Source: Cenarchaeum sp.
GTDB lineage: Archaea > Thermoproteota > Nitrososphaeria > Nitrososphaerales > Nitrosopumilaceae
NCBI GenBank assembly: GCA_963692915.1
Contig: OY843584.1
Location: 160,001 to 224,000, forward strand
Direction: 5' to 3'
Length of the DNA stretch: 64,000 nucleotides
The translations under genes were made by a program, and so were the position numbers. Each line of letters starts with the position of its first letter. Within the stretch, counting starts at the first letter, position 1. The notes under the pieces were generated by a model. That model saw only the letters and a program-made list of their open reading frames with translations. It did not search any database and was not told where the DNA came from. This document shows positions 39,876 through 50,444 of this stretch, one piece after another.

Positions 39876-41787
39876 AGTCTAGAACCTCCCTTTTTGATGC
39901 CGTGCCGCCGGCAACCCTGCGAAGCGCGCCGGCGACCTCTGTGCTCGTCATCGCGCGTCCCGTGTACTTTAGCACATAGTGATCCGGCTCGCGCCCCATG
40001 TTCTGCCGGAACAGCGCGCCAAGCTGCGCCGTATAGTTTGACTCAATGTCCACTATTGTCGTTGCGCCCTCGAGGAGGTGCCTCACATAGTCGGCCGGAA
40101 ACGGGTGGAGCATCTTTACCTGCACAAACCTGATGCGCGGCCCGCCGCCGGCCTGAACCTCGGCTATCGCGTCAAGTATTGGCCCCTTCGTCGAGCCCCA
40201 CCCAATAACTGCAATGTCGCCATCGCCGTGCAGGACCGCCTGCTCGCCGTCAGGTATGGCGCGCAGCGCGAGGCTCTCCCTAGAGAGCCTCTTGCGCATC
40301 ATCTCTGAGCGCATGACGGGGTCCTCGGTTATGTGGCCCACCTCGTCATGCTCATCACCCGTGCACCAAAACTCGCCGTTCTCGACGCCAAGGCGCGCGC
40401 GCTCTGACACGCCGTCCCCGCCGAGGGCAAACCTGCGATAGTCCCCCTCCATCTTGCCCGTGACAAGCTTGCCGCGGTCTATGGATATCCTGCCGGCATC
40501 AAAGCGCGCACACGTCAGGACGGTGCTTGCCAGGTACTTGTCCATCATGTGTATGACGGGAACCTGGTAAACGTCCGCATAGTTAAAGCAGCGCGCCGTG
40601 TCGTAAAAGCTCTCCTCGACGTCGCCAGACGCATACACGATCCTCGGAAACTCGCCGTGGCCCGCATGGACCGCAAAGAGGAGGTCGTCCTGGCCGTGGC
40701 GCGTCGGCAGTCCGGTCGCCGGACCGCTCCGCTGGTAGAGCGTGATGACTAGGGGAACCTCGTTGATTCCTGCCCAGCCGAGGCACTCGGCCATTAGCGA
40801 AAAGCCGGGTCCGGACGTGCATGTCGAGGATCGCGTGCCGGCGATCGCGCTTCCTATGGCCATGCCTATGGCGCTCAGCTCGTCCTCGCACTGGACCACG
40901 AGCGTCGAGCCGGGCCTGTGCCCGCTGACCTCAAGTGAAGGGTGGGACTCGAGGTAGACGCTCTCATCGGAGGCCGGCGTTATCGGATAGTACGACTGGA
41001 AGCGGCACCCTGCGGCGATCTTGCCGATCGCCGTGCCGTGATATCCCTGCGCGAGAATCGTGCCCTCAGGCGTTGCGCCACACGGTCCGAGGACGGCGCG
41101 CGCGCCGCCGAACTCGGCATCAGCTGACGCGTATGCGCGAGACGCTGCCATCTCGTTGAGCTCGGCTATTGCCGGCTTTGCGGCAAACGCGTGCCGCACG
41201 GCCTCGCGCGTGCGCTCCTCGGGAACGCCGAGGGCCTTCATAGAGAGGGTCGCGCCGATGACGTTGAACATGCGCGTCATGCCGCGCAGCTTTGGGTTGC
41301 CTGCCGACTCGGCAAGTGACGCCAGTATTGACCGGAACGAGACTGCATGCGCTGCGACTCCGGCCTCGCGCGCCGCGCTGACTGCGCCCTCGACTCCGGC
41401 AGCACGGCCTGCGCCCTCGAGTGCGGCCTGCGCGCGCGCCGCATAGTGCTCATCCATCGTGCGAACGTCGTCGATCGACGCCTTTTCCATCGCCGAGTCG
41501 TAGATTATCGTGCCGCCGTCCCGAATGTCCGTATAGTGGCGCAGGAGCGTCTCGGCGTCATATGCGACCATGATATCCGCACCGCTGACATTGGAGTGTA
41601 TCTCCTCACTAGAGACCCTGACGACAAAATAGCTGTGCTCGCCCTTTATGTTGGAATAGAACTCGCGCTTGCCAAACACGTGATACCCCATCGACGCGCA
41701 CGCGCCGGCAAATATTCCGGCTGCTGACTCTACGCCGCTCCCCTGCGGGCCGCCGACTAGCCATGACACGTCAACCCTGTCTCCCAT
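39865..41787 (-). CDS. 2-oxoacid:ferredoxin oxidoreductase alpha subunit
   Basis: GGPQGSGV, YYPITPAS, TSGPG, QRSGPATG. Confidence 0.95.
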   Translation of the reverse strand: MGDRVDVSWLVGGPQGSGVESAAGIFAGACASMGYHVFGKREFYSNIKGEHSYFVVRVSSEEIHSNVSGADIMVAYDAETLLRHYTDIRDGGTIIYDSAMEKASIDDVRTMDEHYAARAQAALEGAGRAAGVEGAVSAAREAGVAAHAVSFRSILASLAESAGNPKLRGMTRMFNVIGATLSMKALGVPEERTREAVRHAFAAKPAIAELNEMAASRAYASADAEFGGARAVLGPCGATPEGTILAQGYHGTAIGKIAAGCRFQSYYPITPASDESVYLESHPSLEVSGHRPGSTLVVQCEDELSAIGMAIGSAIAGTRSSTCTSGPGFSLMAECLGWAGINEVPLVITLYQRSGPATGLPTRHGQDDLLFAVHAGHGEFPRIVYASGDVEESFYDTARCFNYADVYQVPVIHMMDKYLASTVLTCARFDAGRISIDRGKLVTGKMEGDYRRFALGGDGVSERARLGVENGEFWCTGDEHDEVGHITEDPVMRSEMMRKRLSRESLALRAIPDGEQAVLHGDGDIAVIGWGSTKGPILDAIAEVQAGGGPRIRFVQVKMLHPFPADYVRHLLEGATTIVDIESNYTAQLGALFRQNMGREPDHYVLKYTGRAMTSTEVAGALRRVAGGTASKREVLDYGA

Positions 41788-41789
41788 GC

Positions 41790-41927
41790 CTAGCCGCCTC
41801 CAGTCGCCGAGTCAAAGAGCGCACACTCGCACGCGTCACGCTCGCCGCAAAACTCGCAGACGCACTTGCACGCGCTGAGCAGCTCCCCGCACGTGACGCA
41901 GCACGCATAGTCGTCCTTTTCTGCCAT
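41790..41927 (-). CDS. Small cysteine-rich metal-binding protein
   Basis: 45 aa with 9 Cys; TATA-like TTTTATA upstream; heads the OFOR operon. Confidence 0.65.
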   Translation of the reverse strand: MAEKDDYACCVTCGELLSACKCVCEFCGERDACECALFDSATGGG

Positions 41928-42352
41928 CGCCGCGCGCGCGTGGGGCACGTTTGTATAAAAGTGCTTGAGTTGTGTGTTGGGCATATGCCGCGCATCTGAC
42001 CCTATGAGTTGTAGATAGATTCGATATGCAGCATGGCAAGCATTATCTGCCTCATGTGGGCTACACTTACACCCCGCTCCTATCGTGGCATATCCGCACA
42101 CTGGAGATTTTGATGGCCGAGACCATGAATTGTTTATTTGTTCACACCAAACACCAGAAATAATCTCTATCTATATAGCTACATACTCCGCCCCCAATGC
42201 CGATCATGTAAATCATATACAACGTATGCGTGAAGCCAATGTGAGATTACATGTGTAGGTTGTTCACAACACTTGATGTCACTAACAGGACATAATAATC
42301 TAAGTTTAGTTTTGACGTTGCACACATAAATTCTCATCTTCAAACTGATATT

Positions 42353-43838
42353 TTACCTGATCTTCAACTCACGCAGGCGCGTAATTAGATACTCCATGGT
42401 CTTTTTTCCTTTTATTCTATTACAGCTGCTACACAACAACTGTAAATTTTCGTCATCATCGACCCCGCCTCTAGCTTTTGGTATTATGTGATCCACATCC
42501 ATGAGTCTGATCTCTGTCCATTTTTTGCAACCCTTGCATACTCCCTCTTGTCTACCATACAGGATACACTTAATGTCCCTAGAGCGTTTACCTACTCGTG
42601 TTGGAATATCTGTTCGGTGTATGATCTTATCAATGTATTTGGAAATGCCTATTTCTCGCTCCATTCTAATTTTCATCAAATCAGCTGCCTTTGATGACTT
42701 ATCAATTCCGATCCAGTTTCGTTTTAATTTTTCTGCAGCTGCACATGCTGTAGCACATCCACAAAAAGGATCAAGTACCAAATTGTCTGTGTCGGATGAT
42801 GCCTTTATTATGCATCAATAGTTCTAATGGTTTCTGTGTGGGATATCCAAGATCTTCGTTCCCTTTGACATTTCCAATATCTGCCCATATGTCGCCCATA
42901 TTTTCACCTTTGTATGAATCGAAATAAATCTTTCTTGTTAATTTTCGTTTAGAGATGGTTTTTTTAATAGTTTTCCCATTCGCTAATTTTTTCGTTATCT
43001 TTTTTTCAATTAAATCAATTGAAAAATTTCCCTTCTGGTATTCTTCTTCTAATCTGTCTTTAGACAGTCTCCAACCTGTCGGGTAGGGATTTTTAAATCC
43101 TCGCCATTCATAACACAAATTTGGTCTAGCGCCTTGCGATCGTGAACGAAATATGTGGGCTGAGTTGTCTTTCCAACGCCTACCATCTGAATCGACATTT
43201 GGGAATTCCTCTCTAATTTTTTCTTCCGTATCTAGATTGACTGTTATTTTTGGAATATTGAAAATAGACTTCCGAGAATTCTTTGCATAAAACAAAATGA
43301 CATCATGATTAGAGCCTAATTTTCTTGGTTTGTGTTGACTACCCTTGTTTCCTGTTGTTCGTTTCCAAACTATCTCATTTTTAAAATTTGTGCGTTTGAA
43401 TACGGCATCTAAAACACTTTTCAGATAATGGCTTATAGTTGGATCACAATGCAAGTAAATTGAACCGCTGTCTTTTAAAATTCTGCGCATTTCCAGTATT
43501 CTGACTGCCATGTAAATTAAATATGCTTTGACGCTTTTTCCTCCAACTATGCCAGATGATTTTAGTACTTCGTATAATCCTGCATTGTCGTGCTGAATCT
43601 CGCCCCACCATGCCTCATCAATATCCTTTAATGTCCAAACATCTGTAAATTCAGCACCTGTTGATTCTGTGCCTAATGGTGCCGCATAGTCATGATCTGA
43701 TTTAAACGGTGGATCGAGGTATATTAAATCAAACAATTCGTCGGGTAATCCTCGCATTATGTCTAGATTATCGCCGGTAAAAATGGTTCGATTTTTTAGG
43801 CTATTGCCCCCCCCCCCAACTAGATTACTGTTCTTCAA
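42353..43838 (-). pseudogene. Beta-class N4/N6 DNA methyltransferase fused to C-terminal HNH endonuclease, split by a frameshift near 42812
   Basis: LIYLDPPF and YPTQKPLELL in one frame; IIKASS..VLDPFCGCAT and DHIIP...CSSCNRIK in another; AT-rich; G11 tract at 43807-43817. Confidence 0.85.
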
Positions 43839-44034
43839 TTGTCACAAAGGCCCCCTCGATACTGTGAAATGTCTTGTTGCAAGACTGGCGCAAATAAAAT
43901 TTAGGTTCTAAAATATGTAAAAAATTCATATTTGTGTTTTTATTGCTAATCAAATGCAGTGACCCGTGTACTTTGCCCATCTGTGTGGCACTCAGTCTCT
44001 ATATCTTGCTATATTAACATACTCTGTCTTATTA

Positions 44035-44146
44035 GCATGAGTTCGGCACTTCTCTGTTTATTGGGCCAAACGGGTGTGATCCTGTCGATATACTTACCTC
44101 GGCATGTCTGTCTGAGCACGAACGAGATGTGGTGCCACGCTCACAT
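44035..44146 (+). repeat. Dispersed ~112-bp element, copy 4
   Basis: GCATGAGTTCGGCACT...GGCCAAACGGGTGTGATCCTGTCGAT...GTCTGAGCACGAACG...GGTGCC; same length as copies 1 and 6. Confidence 0.75.
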
Positions 44147-44452
44147 CATGCCGGCCTCGTGCATCGCCGTCGCATAGTCGCACTCGGCTCCCATGCGAAG
44201 GTACGGGATGAGGCGATAGTGTATCGAGTAGAGGTTGCCCTCGCGGAACAGGACGCCCTTTTGGGCAAGCGAGGCCAGGCCACGAGCTGCCATGTGGACC
44301 TCGGCCCCGCTGCACTCCTCTGCCCGCCTCTTTTGGTACTGGGCCAGCGTAAAGGACGGCTCGCCGAGCTCGAGTATGAGGGGCCATATGACGCGGGTCC
44401 ACACGAGCCTCCGCCGCTCGGTCGCCAGCGCGTACTTGCCCTTGCCACTCAT
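44141..44452 (-). CDS. Conserved thaumarchaeal hypothetical protein (winged-helix-like)
   Basis: RRLVWTRVIWPLILE, YSIHYRLIPY. Confidence 0.6.
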   Translation of the reverse strand: MSGKGKYALATERRRLVWTRVIWPLILELGEPSFTLAQYQKRRAEECSGAEVHMAARGLASLAQKGVLFREGNLYSIHYRLIPYLRMGAECDYATAMHEAGMM

Positions 44453-44483
44453 GCCATTAGCGTTATAATGTCCGCTACTATAT

Positions 44484-45206
44484 TTGGTTCACGTGTCCTC
44501 GCAGGAGGAGGTGCGCGAGTCCCTCGACGCCCTCATCAAGATGGGGTGGGAGGTCGACCCCGCCATACGAGACCTCACGCTAGGTCGGGCGACTGCAGTC
44601 TCTGACCGGACCGTGAGGGTCGGCTCGGTGACGTACCACATACCATATCTCGAGTCAGTCTCGCGCCACGTCCTCTGGAAGTGCCACTGGCCTGACTGCA
44701 CCAACTGCTGCGAGCGCCAGGGCCGCCTCCCGCTCACGTCTGATGACCTCATCACGATAGGGAGCGGCATGAAGTACGCGCGCGTCTCCGAGTTTGTCGC
44801 AGCCGAGACGATCATCAGCACGTGGGGCGCGCAGGGCCAGTCGGGCTCCTCCTCGGCGACCATGACTAGCATCAACCTAAAGCGGTCTGCCGGCGAGACG
44901 GCCGCGCAGGACGGCACGCGCATACCGTGCCGCTTCCTCGGCAGTGATAGCGCATGCACGCTCCATCCGGGGCGGCCCGGCGTGTGCTACCTCTATCCGT
45001 TTACGACATGGCTAGAGAGCAACCATGGCGTGCCGCAGGTTCACGCGACATTCCAGTTCACGGGGGACTGTCCGGGATTCTACCTTGCCGAGTCCATTGA
45101 TGACATGCGCGCCACGCTTGAAGAGTATGCCGGGATCATCCACGGGTACAACATGGCATACGCGCGCACGCAGCGCGAGGGCTATGCGTCCTCGGCGATG
45201 GACTAG
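44484..45206 (+). CDS. YkgJ-family cysteine-cluster protein
   Basis: CHWPDCTNCC, CRFL...CTLHPGRPGVCYLYPF, CPG. Confidence 0.8.
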   Translation: MVHVSSQEEVRESLDALIKMGWEVDPAIRDLTLGRATAVSDRTVRVGSVTYHIPYLESVSRHVLWKCHWPDCTNCCERQGRLPLTSDDLITIGSGMKYARVSEFVAAETIISTWGAQGQSGSSSATMTSINLKRSAGETAAQDGTRIPCRFLGSDSACTLHPGRPGVCYLYPFTTWLESNHGVPQVHATFQFTGDCPGFYLAESIDDMRATLEEYAGIIHGYNMAYARTQREGYASSAMD

Positions 45207-46213
45207 GCGCGTGCGACCTTTATGAGGTTGCGCATCTCTATGTCCATTCCAAACCGCGCCTCGTTTTTCTTCATATAGCGGTATATCGAGAGCATATCAA
45301 GTCCCTGCCTTAGCATGCTAAACCTGCCCATTAGCTTTGCGTGTACAAACCTGAACACCTTTGCGTACACCTCAAAGTGCTCGCGAACCTCGCGCTCGTA
45401 TGCTGCCACGTTGCCAATGTTCCTGGTAAATATGTCCGCGCAGACCATGCTCGGTATTATGCCCTCGCCGAGCAGCGGGAACACCGTGCCGATCGACTCG
45501 CCAACGCCGACAACCTTGCCGTCGCTGTACGGCATGCACATGTTCGGAGTCGCCAGCCTTATTGGACGGCCGACAGTCTTTGTTATCTTGCCGCCGTGCC
45601 TCTTCATAAACTCGCCTGTCTCCCTGACGTGCGCCTTTTGATAGTCGCCGGCCCCAATGTGCGCCGAGTTCTTTCCTAGCGGAAAGTACCAGAAATACCC
45701 TGACATCCCGCGAAACGGCCTAATGTAAAAGTCATCAAAGGGCACGCCGTTCTCGTACTCGACCTTGTGCTCGTATGTCGGCAGGTAAAAGTCGTTCTTG
45801 ATCTTTGGGAGGTATGACCTGTGAAACCCCGTGCAGTCGACTATAACGTCAAAGTCGCGCTCTAGGTCGCTGCGCGCCGGCGCGGCCCCGTAGCGTATCT
45901 CGCAGCCGTCGACGAGGTCGCGTATGAGGCCGATCTTGTCATACGTGCACAGCCCGTCGAGGCCTATGTGGAACTTTTCCTGGCCGTCGACCTCGACGTG
46001 CATCCTCCTTCCGTCATGCGTGACATACTTTGCAAAGTCCACGCCCGAGAGCGCGCAGAGCTCCTCCATCTTTGGCCTGCACGTGCCCCACGCGCATATC
46101 GAGTCATGCCTGTCTGCGTGCATGCGCTCAAAGCCGACGACCTCGTGCTCGCGCTTTAGCCTTGAGGCAAGATAGCTTCCCGCAACGCCAATGCCGGCTA
46201 TTGCGACCCTCAT
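45203..46213 (-). CDS. NAD(P)/FAD-dependent oxidoreductase (GGR-like)
   Basis: IAGIGVAG, GYFWYFP, GESIGTVFPLLGEGI. Confidence 0.8.
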   Translation of the reverse strand: MRVAIAGIGVAGSYLASRLKREHEVVGFERMHADRHDSICAWGTCRPKMEELCALSGVDFAKYVTHDGRRMHVEVDGQEKFHIGLDGLCTYDKIGLIRDLVDGCEIRYGAAPARSDLERDFDVIVDCTGFHRSYLPKIKNDFYLPTYEHKVEYENGVPFDDFYIRPFRGMSGYFWYFPLGKNSAHIGAGDYQKAHVRETGEFMKRHGGKITKTVGRPIRLATPNMCMPYSDGKVVGVGESIGTVFPLLGEGIIPSMVCADIFTRNIGNVAAYEREVREHFEVYAKVFRFVHAKLMGRFSMLRQGLDMLSIYRYMKKNEARFGMDIEMRNLIKVARA

Positions 46214-46298
46214 GGGAGGGGCACGCCGGACTCCTTGTAATAACCTGTGCGCTGCTGCACGCCTAGAGATATTAAGGGGTTTTCGCGCCTCGTGCGCA

Positions 46299-46748
46299 AT
46301 GCGCTCACACGTGCTGCAGGAGAGGCAATGGACACGCATGTGGCGGGAGAACTCGCCTGACCTGCGTGAGCGCGTCGTAAAGTGGCGCCGCGAGAACGCA
46401 GTCACTAGGATCGAGCGGCCCACGCGCCTGCAGAGGGCACGGCGCCTCGGGTACCGCGCAAAGCAGGGAATCGCCGTGGTTCGCATGCGCGTGGGAACCG
46501 GCGGCATGCGCAGGCAGCGCCCGCGCGGCGGCCGTAGGCCAAAGCACCTCGGCGTGACGAGGATAAAGGGCGATGACAGCCTAAAGACAGTGGCGCAGAG
46601 GCGCGTCCTGGAGCGCTTTCCAAACATGCTTCTCCTCGGATCGTACTTTGTCTACCGTGACGGCATACACTGCTGGTATGAGGTCATACTCGTGGATCCC
46701 GAGCACCCGAGAATATCTGGCGATCGCGAGCTCGCCGACCGCATATAG
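46299..46748 (+). CDS. rpl15e: 50S ribosomal protein L15e
   Basis: ARRLGYRAKQG, GRRPKHLG, YEVILVDP. Confidence 0.95.
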   Translation: MRSHVLQERQWTRMWRENSPDLRERVVKWRRENAVTRIERPTRLQRARRLGYRAKQGIAVVRMRVGTGGMRRQRPRGGRRPKHLGVTRIKGDDSLKTVAQRRVLERFPNMLLLGSYFVYRDGIHCWYEVILVDPEHPRISGDRELADRI

Positions 46749-46924
46749 CGCAGCGCGCGCCTCTCGTGGGGTGCCGGCATGCCCTCATTGATCTGGACCA
46801 TTGCCATTCCCGCTTGCCATGCATGGCGCAAGTCTGCTCTGCGTGCCTTTACGGGCCGCACGCGCGCCTAGCTAGAGCTAAAAAACCGACTGCTATTTAA
46901 CGCGCCGCGTCCTGCGACGATCGC

Positions 46925-47926
46925 ATGACCACGAGAATGGTGATTGCCGCCGTCGCCACGGTGGCCGCACTGGGTCTAGCCGTTGCGCTGTATGCGGCAG
47001 CCGGCACGGAGGAGGCAGTGCGCGTGGCCTTTCTTCCCAGTGTGAGCCATGCCATACCGATCGTGGGCACGGAGCGCGCAACGTTTGCAGCCGCGCTGGA
47101 TCCGCTGCGCGTGGAGGCGCGCGTGCTTGAGAGCGGCACGCAGGCCGTACAGTCGCTACTGTCCGGAAACCTCGAGCTCGCATATGTGGGACCAGGCCCG
47201 GCAGTCAACGCGTTTGTGCGCTCCTCGGACGGAAATGTCGTGATCCTCTCGGGTGCGGCAAGCGGTGGCGTGAGCCTCGTCGCGCGCGCCGGCTCGGGCA
47301 TATCGGGCATTGCGGATCTCGACGGCATGCGCGTTGCGGTCCCGCAGGTGGCCAACTCGCAGGACGTCTCGCTGCGCCACCACCTCGCAGGGGCAGGCCT
47401 GGTTCCGGCTGACCGCGGCGGAACGGTGCAGGTGATCGCAGTCGCCGGTCCGGAGATGGTCACACTAGTATCGCGCGAGTTTATCGATGCCGCATGGGTC
47501 GCCGAGCCGTGGGCAACGCTCATCGTAGAGTCAGCCGGCGCAGTCAGGGTTCTTGAGGAGTCTTCCCTCTGGCCAGAGTCGCGATTCTCTTCAGTCGTCC
47601 TCGTCGCGCGCGCCGACTATGTGCGCGAGATGCCCGAGGCCGTCTCGTCGTGGATTCAGGCGCACGAGGAGACGGCCATGTGGATCGCCGCCAACCCCGA
47701 GCCCGCGCGTGAGGCGTACGCGTCATTTGCCGAGGGCGAGGCTCTCGCGGCGCTGCCGGCCGGCGTTCTTGAGGAGTCGTTCTCACGCGTAGAGATCACC
47801 ACAGACGCCCTCGAGCCGTCGATAGCCGAGTTCGCCGAGCGTGCCGCCGCGCTCGGGTATCTCGGCCGCTCGCCGCCAGAGATCAGTGGGATATTTTACG
47901 GGGGCGCCGCAGCGCAGGGCGGCTAG
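46925..47926 (+). CDS. ABC transporter substrate-binding protein (sulfonate/nitrate family)
   Basis: N-terminal anchor, AYVGPGP, NSQD, WVAEPW. Confidence 0.85.
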   Translation: MTTRMVIAAVATVAALGLAVALYAAAGTEEAVRVAFLPSVSHAIPIVGTERATFAAALDPLRVEARVLESGTQAVQSLLSGNLELAYVGPGPAVNAFVRSSDGNVVILSGAASGGVSLVARAGSGISGIADLDGMRVAVPQVANSQDVSLRHHLAGAGLVPADRGGTVQVIAVAGPEMVTLVSREFIDAAWVAEPWATLIVESAGAVRVLEESSLWPESRFSSVVLVARADYVREMPEAVSSWIQAHEETAMWIAANPEPAREAYASFAEGEALAALPAGVLEESFSRVEITTDALEPSIAEFAERAAALGYLGRSPPEISGIFYGGAAAQGG

Positions 47927-47932
47927 GGAGAG

Positions 47933-48709
47933 ATGGCAAAGCTAGAGTCTCGTGGAATCACAAAGTCCTTTGGCGGGGGCGGGGGGTACACGCTGCGCGC
48001 ACTCGGGGGAATCGACCTGTCCGTCGAGGCCGGAGAGTTTGTCTGCCTCGTCGGCCCGTCTGGATGCGGCAAGTCGACGTTCCTGAGGATCGTCGCCGGA
48101 CTCGACACGCCGGACTCTGGTGAGGTCATATTTGACGGGAGGCCAGTCGACGGGACCGGTCCGGAGCGCATCATGGTGTTCCAGGAGGGTGCGCTGTTCC
48201 CGTGGCTGAGCGTTGCTGACAATGTGTCATTTGGCCTCAGCGTCAACGGCGTGCCGGCCGCCGAGCGGGCCGAGATATCGGCGCGCTACCTCGAGATGAT
48301 GCAGCTAGGCCAGTTCTCCTCCTACTATCCGCACCAGCTCTCAACTGGCATGAAGCAGCGTGTTGCGATCGCGCGCGCGCTTGCGATGGATCCTGACGTC
48401 CTCTTGATGGACGAGCCGTTTGCCGCACTAGACACGCAGACGCGATACACGCTCATCGGCGAGATGCAGGAGATATGGCAGCGAACCAAAAAGACGATAC
48501 TCTTTGTGACGCACAATGTCGCCGAGTCGGCCGCACTCGCCTCGCGCGTCGTGGTGTTTGGCAACAGGCCATCGCGCATCAGGGCAGAGTTTCGCATAGA
48601 CCATCCGCGGCCGCGCCACGCCGAGGACGGTAGCCTCGCCTCGATACAGCGCGAGATACTCGCCGCGCTGCGCCCCGAGGTCACAAGGCAGGAGGGCCTA
48701 AATGGATAG
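47933..48709 (+). CDS. ABC transporter ATP-binding protein
   Basis: GPSGCGKST, LSTGMKQR, MDEPF. Confidence 0.93.
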   Translation: MAKLESRGITKSFGGGGGYTLRALGGIDLSVEAGEFVCLVGPSGCGKSTFLRIVAGLDTPDSGEVIFDGRPVDGTGPERIMVFQEGALFPWLSVADNVSFGLSVNGVPAAERAEISARYLEMMQLGQFSSYYPHQLSTGMKQRVAIARALAMDPDVLLMDEPFAALDTQTRYTLIGEMQEIWQRTKKTILFVTHNVAESAALASRVVVFGNRPSRIRAEFRIDHPRPRHAEDGSLASIQREILAALRPEVTRQEGLNG

Positions 48710-49460
48710 GCGCGCTGCGGCGCGCCGCGCTGCGTTCTATGCGGCCATTGTCATATCATGGCAGGCCGCCTCGTCTGCCGGAGTCCTGCCGCCTGACCTG
48801 CTGCCGTCTCCCTGGGAGGTCGCCGAGGATATTGCGCACGGCATTGCAGATGCGAGCCTGCTAGTTGGGATCGCCACGACGCTCTGGCGCCTCATAGTCG
48901 GCCTTGCCATCGCGATCGGCGCCGGCGTCCTCCTCGGCGTCGCCATGGCGAGGATCAGCCTAATCAACGAGACTATCGGCTCACTCGTCCTTGGCCTGCA
49001 GTCAATACCGTCCATAGCGTGGGTTCCCGTCGCGCTCATATGGTTTGGCGTGAGCGATGCGGGAATAGTGTTTGTGACTGCAGTCGGCGCAGTCTTTGCC
49101 GTGACTACTAGCATATACTCTAGCGTGCGCAACATACACCCGCACTATGTCGAGGCGGCCCGAAACATGGGCGCGCGCGGGACGCAGCTAGTCACGCGCG
49201 TCCTCCTGCCGGCCGCGTTCCCGCACATGCTCTCGGGCTTCAAGCAGGGGTGGGCATTTGCGTGGCGCGGAGTCGTCGGCGCCGAGATGCTCTTTTCGTT
49301 TCTTGGCCTGGGATTTTTGCTCAACGTCGGGCGCCACACAGTCGACATTTCACAAGTCGTCGCGGTCCTGGTCGTTATAATGGCCATGGGCATGGCCCTC
49401 GACGTTGCCCTCTTTCGCCGCCTCGAGGATCGCGTCATGGGCCGCTGGGGGCTGCGCTAG
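48702..49460 (+). CDS. ABC transporter permease
   Basis: TM helices, EAARNMGA EAA loop. Confidence 0.9.
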   Translation: MDRRAAARRAAFYAAIVISWQAASSAGVLPPDLLPSPWEVAEDIAHGIADASLLVGIATTLWRLIVGLAIAIGAGVLLGVAMARISLINETIGSLVLGLQSIPSIAWVPVALIWFGVSDAGIVFVTAVGAVFAVTTSIYSSVRNIHPHYVEAARNMGARGTQLVTRVLLPAAFPHMLSGFKQGWAFAWRGVVGAEMLFSFLGLGFLLNVGRHTVDISQVVAVLVVIMAMGMALDVALFRRLEDRVMGRWGLR

Positions 49461-50413
49461 TGACAAAGCAGGCCTTTGCTGACGCGCTGCGCGAACGGAT
49501 ACTCGTCCTCGATGGCGCAATGGGCACGGAGATACAGCGCCTCGAGCCGACAGCCGAGGACTTTCCTGGCGGCCATGACGGGTTCAACGATGGCCTAGTC
49601 GCAAGCCGGCCTGACTGGATACGACGCATACACCGCTCGTACCTCGAGGCCGGAGCCGACTGCGTCGAGACTGACACGTTTGGCTCCAACAGGATAAAGC
49701 TTGCCGAGTACGGGATGGGCGACCGGACAGTCGAGCAGAACCGCCAGGCCGCCGAGCTCGCAGCCGCCGAGGCTGCCGCAGCACCACCGCCGACGCGCTA
49801 TGTCATCGGAACCATGGGGCCTACCGGATACCTGCCGAGCTCATCAGACGCCGACCTTGGCCAGATGCCCCTAGACGAGATACGCGAGGCCTTTGCGCTC
49901 CAGGCCGAGGGCCTAGTGTCTGGCGGCGTTGATGCCATACTGATAGAGACGAGCCAGGACATACTAGAGGTAAAGCTCGCCATACTTGGCGCAAGGGACG
50001 GCATGGCAAAAGTGCGGCGCGACGTGCCCATCATCGCAAACGTGACGCTTGACCGCTACGGCAAGATGCTACTTGGCACAGGGGTGCAGGCCGCATACAC
50101 GACGGTGTGCGACATGGGCATAGACGTCTTTGGCCTCAACTGCTCGACCGGACCTGAGGAGATGGAGCCTAGCGTGCGATGGCTTGACGAGAACGCCGCA
50201 CATCCAGTCCTTGTGGTCCCAAACGCCGGCATGCCCGAGAACGCCGATGGCGTGGCGATATACCGGATGGGAGCCGAAGAGATGGCCAACCGCCTCGCCT
50301 CCTTTGTGGACACGTACTCGCGCGTGCGCATCATCGGCGGGTGTTGCGGGACGAGGCCGGCGCACATATCGCGTCTGCGCGCCGCCGTTGACGAGCGCGC
50401 CAAACACTCTTAA
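49460..50413 (+). CDS. Homocysteine S-methyltransferase domain (split methionine synthase)
   Basis: LDGAMGT, GLNCSTGP, PNAG, IGGCCGT. Confidence 0.9.
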   Translation: MTKQAFADALRERILVLDGAMGTEIQRLEPTAEDFPGGHDGFNDGLVASRPDWIRRIHRSYLEAGADCVETDTFGSNRIKLAEYGMGDRTVEQNRQAAELAAAEAAAAPPPTRYVIGTMGPTGYLPSSSDADLGQMPLDEIREAFALQAEGLVSGGVDAILIETSQDILEVKLAILGARDGMAKVRRDVPIIANVTLDRYGKMLLGTGVQAAYTTVCDMGIDVFGLNCSTGPEEMEPSVRWLDENAAHPVLVVPNAGMPENADGVAIYRMGAEEMANRLASFVDTYSRVRIIGGCCGTRPAHISRLRAAVDERAKHS

Positions 50414-50444
50414 GCCAAACTCGGCAAGGCGCGATCCTAGAGAG

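Noticed and set aside
46299-46748. Short L15e (149 aa) as a truncation
   Set aside because: Short C-termini appear normal for thaumarchaeal L15e as far as I recall; no frameshift is visible.
49460-50413. Stand-alone MetH N-terminal domain as a pseudogene
   Set aside because: Split methionine synthases are common; the domain is complete with its Zn ligands.
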